From NCBI RefSeq assembly GCF_009914755.1, contig NC_060938.1: a stretch of DNA of 64,000 nucleotides; one strand, 5' to 3'. The stretch is from the human T2T-CHM13v2.0 reference genome, Homo sapiens. The notes below the pieces were generated by a model. It did not search any database. It had not been told where the DNA came from and was given only the letters and a program-made list of their open reading frames with translations. Made by a program: the position numbers and the translations under genes. How positions within the stretch are numbered: position 1 is the first letter of the stretch; each line of letters opens with the position of its first letter. Shown piece after piece: positions 57,010-64,000 of the stretch.

Positions 57010-58915
57010 TTGAAAAAAGAGTTCATTCACAATAGCAACAAAATATGCAACATGTATGAATTAAATGTTCACAACTATGAAAGAGTGTAAAACTATGAAG
57101 GGGCAAAAAAATTAGAAAGATCATGTTCTGAGGTGGGAACAGTGCTAATTATTATATGATTAATATATAGGTGCTAATTATTCCACATTAATATATGGAG
57201 TTTAAAATTCTATTAAAAATCTTAATGAGTTACATTTTTTAGAACTTGACAACAGAATTCAAAAGTCTGCCTAGACGAATAAATTGATCAGATTGAAAAA
57301 TGCTTAAAAGCTTGAAAACACTAAAAACTAATGAGGCCGTGGAGTGATAGAAACCCTGCTTATAGGAAGGTAAATGTACAAGCACTTTGGAGAACAACTG
57401 GGCAATACCTACTATGAAGTTGAAGATGTATACATCCGACAGCCCAGCGAGTTACTCAAGAGATCTTTCCACATGTTTATGGAGATAGGAACAAGAATGT
57501 TTTACAGCAAAAGAAACTACATAAAACCTTTTATACAAGGCTATGGGCAAATAATTTAAACAATACATTTCATTCATACAATGGAATATTATAAAGCAGT
57601 GAAAATGAAGGAACTGGAGCTACATATATAAATTGCACAAACATTGAACAGCAACAAAAAATAGGAAACAGGATATTTTCATTTACTTATAAGAAGTTTT
57701 TTAAAAATGCTAAACAAGTGTATATATTGTTTAGAAATATGTGTGTAGTCAGGGTATAAATAAACTCGAGAAAGATAAATGTCAAGGACAGTGACAGGAT
57801 AGTAAGAAGCTCTTTTTTACTGGGGGAAGTGATTTGGGAAGTGTACACAAAGACATCAACTGTACTGCTAATGCTGAGGAATGGAATTCTGATTAACAGA
57901 AAAAATAGAAAATCTTCAGTCTGATTCATATCATCTATAAATTTTGGCATGCAATTAAATGTAGGAAACAGTAAAAAGGGATGGAATTTTTGCTAAGTAG
58001 TGTTGGGACAACTGGATAGCTATTTGCAAAACACATAGGGAAAAACCATTACTTTATCACCATATAACAAAATAAATTTCAACTGGATTAAAGAAATTTA
58101 CATGCCAAATTCATAAGAACAGTATAAAAAACTTTGAGAATATTTATATAATCTTGAGCACGCTAGATTTTAAAAACTTGACACCAAATCCAGAAATTAA
58201 AAAAGATAAAGGTGGATTGATTTGACCATGTACAAATTTATTTTTTTGTATCAAAATGCTACAAAAATAGTAAAAACAGATATTAAAAAGTTTACATTTG
58301 CAGCATATGTATAAAGAGTTGTCAAGAATGAAAAAGCCCAAATATCAAATATATGAATTTTCTGGTGAAGGCTATAACTGAAAAAGGAAGAAATCACATG
58401 AATAATATGCATTATAAAATTTTTAAAATCAGTAATTAAAGACAAATTAAACCATAACTTTCACCTAGCAAATTAGCAAATAATAAAACATAATCATAAT
58501 ATCCAGTGTTCAAGAAAATCACCTCCCATTCATTGCAGAAAGGATATTAAATTGGTCTTAGGATTTTCACAAGCTTTGTCAGTATTCATCAAAAACCTTT
58601 AAAATATGCCTCCTGTTTGACCTAAGAATTATACTTCTATAAATTTGTCCTAAGAAAACTAAAAATTTAAGCAAGTATTTAGATATGGTCATGCTTATCA
58701 AGTTCTGTTTTTAAAATTGAAACATTGGAAGCCATCTAAAGGTACAAAAGCATACAGGTTAATGAATTATGGAATATTTATAAAATGAAATGTTATTTCT
58801 CTAGTAAAAAGTACATTATCTCTGAATGGTGGAATTAAGATGTTTATTTTTCTTAATTTTGTTTATATATTTTAAAAATAATTTGCTAAAATAAAGATGT
58901 TTTCTATAATTTTGA
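57010..58915 (+). mobile_element. Old L1M ORF2 / 3' UTR fragments
   Basis: Degenerate motifs cattcacaatagcaacaaaa, atggaatattataaagcagtgaaaatgaa, gtgttgggacaactggatagc. Confidence 0.65.
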
Positions 58916-60000
58916 AAAGACAAAAGCCTTACACTTAATTTTTAAGTCCCTCTTTTTATTGTTAAACTGTAAAGCAATTCTGAAGCTAAAAGCAAATATT
59001 CATGAACTGCTGTAAGAGCCATAGAAGCATTTTCTATAGATAGAGATTATTACGTTACAGTACAACTAATATATGTTGGCTAGATTTCATGGAGTAGTGA
59101 CCACCATTACCATTTCATATTCTTAAGAAGCATGTGAAATATAGTATATTGAGTTTATTTCATGTTTAATGCCTCAAAATAAGACTCACAGTGTCTGTGT
59201 GCTACTATTATTAGTTTTACATAATTAGCAAGGAAAATAGCCCTATAGAAGATAAAGATATTTTGATGATGTTATAAGTTATTTGAGTAAATTAAGAATA
59301 TACACCTGGAGTTGTAGGCTATGAAAGATGGCCCCTACCCAGTGCATCTGAGATGGGAAGAGATTGTGGGGCCATCAGAAAGCCTCCCTGGAGGTCATTC
59401 TCCTTGGTAAGAGTGGTTGGGAAGCATTTTATTCTGCCCCGCCCCTCCCTCTAGCAGGCAGACTTTCTTAATTATGATTGATGTAGGTGTCATTTATGTG
59501 AACTTTTACTCTCTGAGCACACAACACAGCTGGTAGGCTGAGAGAGTATTCTGGGCAGTAGGAAGAATTACCTTTGGGATTAAAAACCGGATTTTCTTCC
59601 TTGTTCATGCTACTGAATATTACTGTTGATAAGAGTTACTATAAAGTTTGATTGTGAACTCGGCCCTGCTGACAAGAGTTTTCTTGGCCATTAAGCAAGG
59701 ATTAACCTTCCTGAAGTAATTATCTGATCAAGTCACCCTTCTGCTAAGGAATTTTTCATGATTTCCATTACTTTATGATCTGAAAATCAGATTCCTTGAT
59801 CTGGCACCCTTGGCCCTCCGTTTCCTGACTATCCCACTTTCTGACCACATTTTCCACTATTTCCTATACATCATTGCCCAGGCACATGGAACCATCTACT
59901 TTCTTTAAAATGTAGGTCCAATGTTTTTTTCCTCCTCAATATCATCACTCACACTGTTTCTCCTTGAGAATGCCTTCTGCACCATCTTTGCGTGTACTAC

Positions 60001-60844
60001 TTTTTTTTTTTTTATTATACTTTAAGTTCTAGGGTACATGTGCATATTGTGCAGGTTAGTTACATATGTATACATGTGCCATGCTGGTGCGCTGCACCCA
60101 CTGACTCGTCATCTAGCATTAGGTATATCTCCCACTGCTATCCCTCCCCCCTCCCCCCACCCCACAACAGTCCCCAGAGTGTGATATTCCCCTTCCTGTG
60201 TCCATGTGATCTCATTGTTCAATTCCCACCTATGAGTGAGAATATGCGGTGTTTGGTTTTTTGTTCTTGCAATAGTTTACTGACAATAATGATTTCCAAT
60301 TTCATCCATGTCCCTACAAAGGACATGAACTCATCATTTTTTATGGCTGCATAGTATTCCATGGTGTATATGTGCCACATTTTCTTAATCCAGTCTATCA
60401 TTGTTGGACATTTGGGTTGGTTCCAAGTCTTTGCTATTGTGAATAATGCCGCAATAAACATACATGTGCATGTGTCTTTATAGCAGCATGATTTATAGTC
60501 CTTTGGGTATATACCCAGTAATGGGATGACTGGGTCAAATGGTATTTCCAGTTCTAGATCCCTGAGGAATCGCCACACTGACTTCCACAATGGTTGAACT
60601 AGTTTACAGTCCCACCAACAGTGTAAAAGTGTTCCTATTTCTCCACATCCTCTCCAGCACCTGTTGTTTCCTGACTTTTTAATGATTGCCATTCTAACTG
60701 GTGTGAGATGGTATCTCATTGTGGTTTTGATTTGCATTTCTCTGATGGCCAGTGATGATGAGCATTTTTTCATGTGTTTTTTGGCTGCATAAATGTCTTC
60801 TTTTGAGAAGTGTCTGTTCATGTCCTTCGCCCACTTTTTGATGG
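60001..60844 (-). mobile_element. Young 5'-truncated L1PA (L1PA2/3-like, not Ta)
   Basis: Intact ORF2 C-terminal peptide in ORF 60219..60911; 3' UTR has GAG rather than the Ta-diagnostic ACA. Confidence 0.93.
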
Positions 60845-63729
60845 AATCCTGAGCTCCTACCCAAAATCTTTTTAATTCCACAATTTGGAGATCATCTCTC
60901 TTCCTCACCAAGAACCAAATGCAGGTTTGATCTTTAACTATATGATGAAACTTTTTTTAACCTGTATTATAGATCCGTCTATTAATACTTATTGTTAGTG
61001 ATTACGGTAAGCTTTTTAGTGGAAGGACCTGTGTTTATTTTTGTTTTGCAAAGCATTTAACCCAGTGCTTTGGAGTATAAATATTTGTTGAGTGAGTGAA
61101 TGAATGAAATGCCTGACTACAACCCTAGCCACCAAATCTTTGAGTTCATCTACTAATGCTTGTTCCCTGGGCTATACAAGACAGAGGTAAAGGCTGGTGG
61201 TCCTGTTTACAATATAGGCATTTACTTTTGGTTCTTGCCTTCATCGTGGCTGTGAGGCTTTAGAGTCTCACAGTAAGCTCAGGGGGGTCGCTGGGTACCA
61301 TGTCAGTGGGCTTCATGAACAAACCCTGGCTGCCGTTATGTCAGCAGCTGCCATCTGTTCCTCTCAAGCTCTGCCTTCCTTTGGTGACTTCTGTGTTGCT
61401 GATTAAAGCCACTTGGGGGACCTCACTAATGCTCACCCCTCCTATGGGTCTCCTCTACTGATCTCATCATGGGGCTGACTCCACAGGTAAGCAGTACTTG
61501 GTACTTGTTCCTAGGAAGTCAGGGAAGAGGGGAAAGAGGCGCCGGATTGCCGCTTTTCACCTCATCAACTATGGGATCCTGCCTTTTGGCTGCTTTCATT
61601 GATCCTTTTATTCTCTATGGATTTTTGTTATGAGATCTTTGTGTTCACAATGAGGAGTCCTAAAAATAAAAAAGATGTCGATGTCATCCATTTAAGTAAT
61701 CTGTACAGCATTTTAGAAGCAACCAAAATATTCTGTGACAAGCGTTTTCATTAAAATACATCCAATGTGAGAGGCTTACTATAAACTATGCAAAGTATTG
61801 TGGTCTTCTAACGGGTGCAAACATGGCATCCTCATAATCACTCTCTTTTGCAGTTTGAGCCTATTGTTTTTTGTCCTTCCTGCACTGAATAGGAGCCACC
61901 TTTGTCACCTCTGGAAACTTTGGCTTTAGGGCAGCCCCAAGACTGATTGAGGTGAATATGGTTGTCCCTCCAGTATCTGGATTGAGCAAGTGAAATATCT
62001 CTCTGGGGGCGGAGGAGTGCCTGCCTGCAGGGACAGGGTAGGACGGGGGACAGGGGAAGGGTATCCACGTCTGCAGCCAGGCCAGCACAACAAGGCCTTG
62101 TTTCTCCTCCACTGCAAAAAGACTGGATGCTTCACTGTTTTGTACTTCATTTCCTTTGAGCTGCTGCCCTCTCTCCTCCTCTGCCAAGTGCATGAGTTTG
62201 GCAGGGAGGTTGGCAAGCATTTCACAAGACGGTAAAGGTTAAGGTACAGTGGAGGTTGTTTAGTGCAGAATTGTAAATATTTGTTAAAAGGTTTGTGGAG
62301 CTGCTTCTTTTGATACCTCTAATCCACCGAGACAGAAATAACTTCAAAGCCATGCCTAGTCTGACTTGGTCCTCAACCAAAGGAAAAAATCAGCTACTGC
62401 TAAAATATGTTTTCACTCACAGCCAGGCAGCCTGCCTTAGCAGGCGTCCTGAAGGATGAATCATAGTTTAATTGTCTTTGGGCACTTGCACATCTGCTTA
62501 GGATCGTCAACAGGGCAGGAGCTGAGCTGCATGAATAAATGTGAAGAAGCCTTTAGTTTACACGGTTCCATGCTGTCAACAGCAGAACGAGAAGTCCGTT
62601 CAGAAGGATGGGCTGAGCCAGCTCGCCTGCCCACACAGAAGGAAGGCTTCCCAGTGTGCTACTTGGAATGTAGGGAGAACAGCATTTCTCTACAATTTGG
62701 GGCTTCTCCAGGGATTTCAGAGTAAGGATTTCCAAATCATCTCATGAGACCTGAGTATCTGAGTTCTTAGGTGGAAAACAGGAGAGGGAATTGGAAGTTA
62801 TTGCACAATTGCAGGTGGGTTTTAAGAATTTTGGTAGTTTTAAAAATTACTACAAACTTCTGTGGACAATTACTGTTGAATCCAATTCCTTTATTTTCTT
62901 CCATTTCCAAAGTATACTCTTATTTTTATCTCATAGGATTTCATTTGTTCCCCAAAGCAATAAAGAACAGACAAGAGTGAGTAGTATTCTGGGTGTCATC
63001 TATAGGGAGAAAATTGGTTACATAAACTTGATTTAACAGTTGAAGAGGCTTTAGAACTTTGCAAGGCCTCTGGACTGAGGTTGGCTTATTTCTCAGTCAA
63101 TGCTTCGTGGCTTTGAGGTTGAGATTTGAGGCCTGACCACAGTCTTCCTACTACTCTTAACTAGAAGTTTGTAGTATGCATTTTCATGCAAGCAAGAGCT
63201 GACTCTACTGCATAAAGTGAAAATTGTTGGTTACATCCAAACCCTTGGATCATTTTTCTGATAGATAATGGGCCTTACCTGCTCACTGCAAGAATTCCTA
63301 CAGCAGTGGGTCACGGCTTGCCACATTTTAGAATCAGAGAGCAGTAAAGAGGCAGGAATGCCTTTGCCTGCCACCAGAACTTCCAATTCTATTGGTCTGG
63401 GATGGCTCACAGGCAGGAAATAATGTTTAATGCTCCCACGTGATTCTATTGTAAAGCTAGGGTTGAGGATCTGTGTTCTGTGTTAGGTGACTGCCCAGAG
63501 CAGAGAGATAAAACAACGCCCCATCCTCTCCATATTTTCTGATTTGTTTCCTATTTTGGCAAAGAGTGAAGATGGCAGAGGAGAGAAAATATTGTCATGA
63601 TCTGTGGCCTGAGAGTTCATTTTTTTCCCCAAACAATAATTTTGGGGAAAAAAATTTCCCCCAAAAATAATTTTGTGTGCCTGTTCCTAGCCCTATGAAG
63701 ATAACAAAAAAATACAAAAATTAATAAGG

Positions 63730-63960
63730 AAGCAGTGTTTGCTGAGTGAAATAAGTCGGGGCATTTAGAGACCTGGGTTAAGAATCTTGACTCTTAAACT
63801 CTCAAACTTTGTGATATAGGGCCAGGAATTTGACTTTTCTTCAACCTTGGTTTATTCCTCTTATAAAAAGTGAATAATGATGTATATCTCGTAGTGTTAT
63901 TATGAGAGTTAAAATGATGATAAATATAACATCTAGCACCTATGCACTCAATAACAACTA
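63730..63960 (+). mobile_element. MIR
   Basis: agacctgggtt...cttggtttattcctcttataaaaagtgaataat...gtgttattatgagagttaaaatga. Confidence 0.65.
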
Positions 63961-64000
63961 TTCTAATATGGTTGAGTTGGCAACAAAAACTGTTACTGAG

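Noticed and set aside
60219-60911. Longest ORF (230 aa) as a novel chimeric gene
   Set aside because: L1 ORF2 C-terminus with a chance open flank and a non-ATG start
61838-63036. Cluster of overlapping short ORFs
   Set aside because: No recognisable domain or consistent splice structure; expected in locally GC-richer sequence

Overview
Primate (almost certainly human) genomic DNA, AT-rich and dense in interspersed repeats. The first ~39.5 kb hold the 3' part of a + strand multi-exon gene encoding a tetratricopeptide-repeat (TPR) protein, which I recognise as TTC6 (14q21, next to FOXA1). Eleven coding exons with canonical AG/GT boundaries splice into one open frame of 543 codons plus a stop (TGA at 39341-39343), followed by AATAAA signals. 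The start codon lies upstream of the window. The remainder is intronic or intergenic: nine Alus (eight antisense), a twin-primed 5'-inverted L1PA with a 17-bp TSD, a young 5'-truncated L1PA, old L1M/L2/MIR fragments, LTR16/LTR33/MST/THE1 LTRs, MER1/MER53/MER5 DNA transposons, a U6 pseudogene and several microsatellites (one matches marker D14S306 as I remember it). I found no convincing new gene or biological system. The best leads are an old ~185-bp inverted duplication capturing the 5' end of the U6 pseudogene, candidate unannotated poison exons and a microexon in TTC6 introns, template-switch hairpins, and a miR-1302-like MER53 hairpin inside three-level nested elements. Repeat subfamily calls are by eye and need RepeatMasker/Dfam confirmation.
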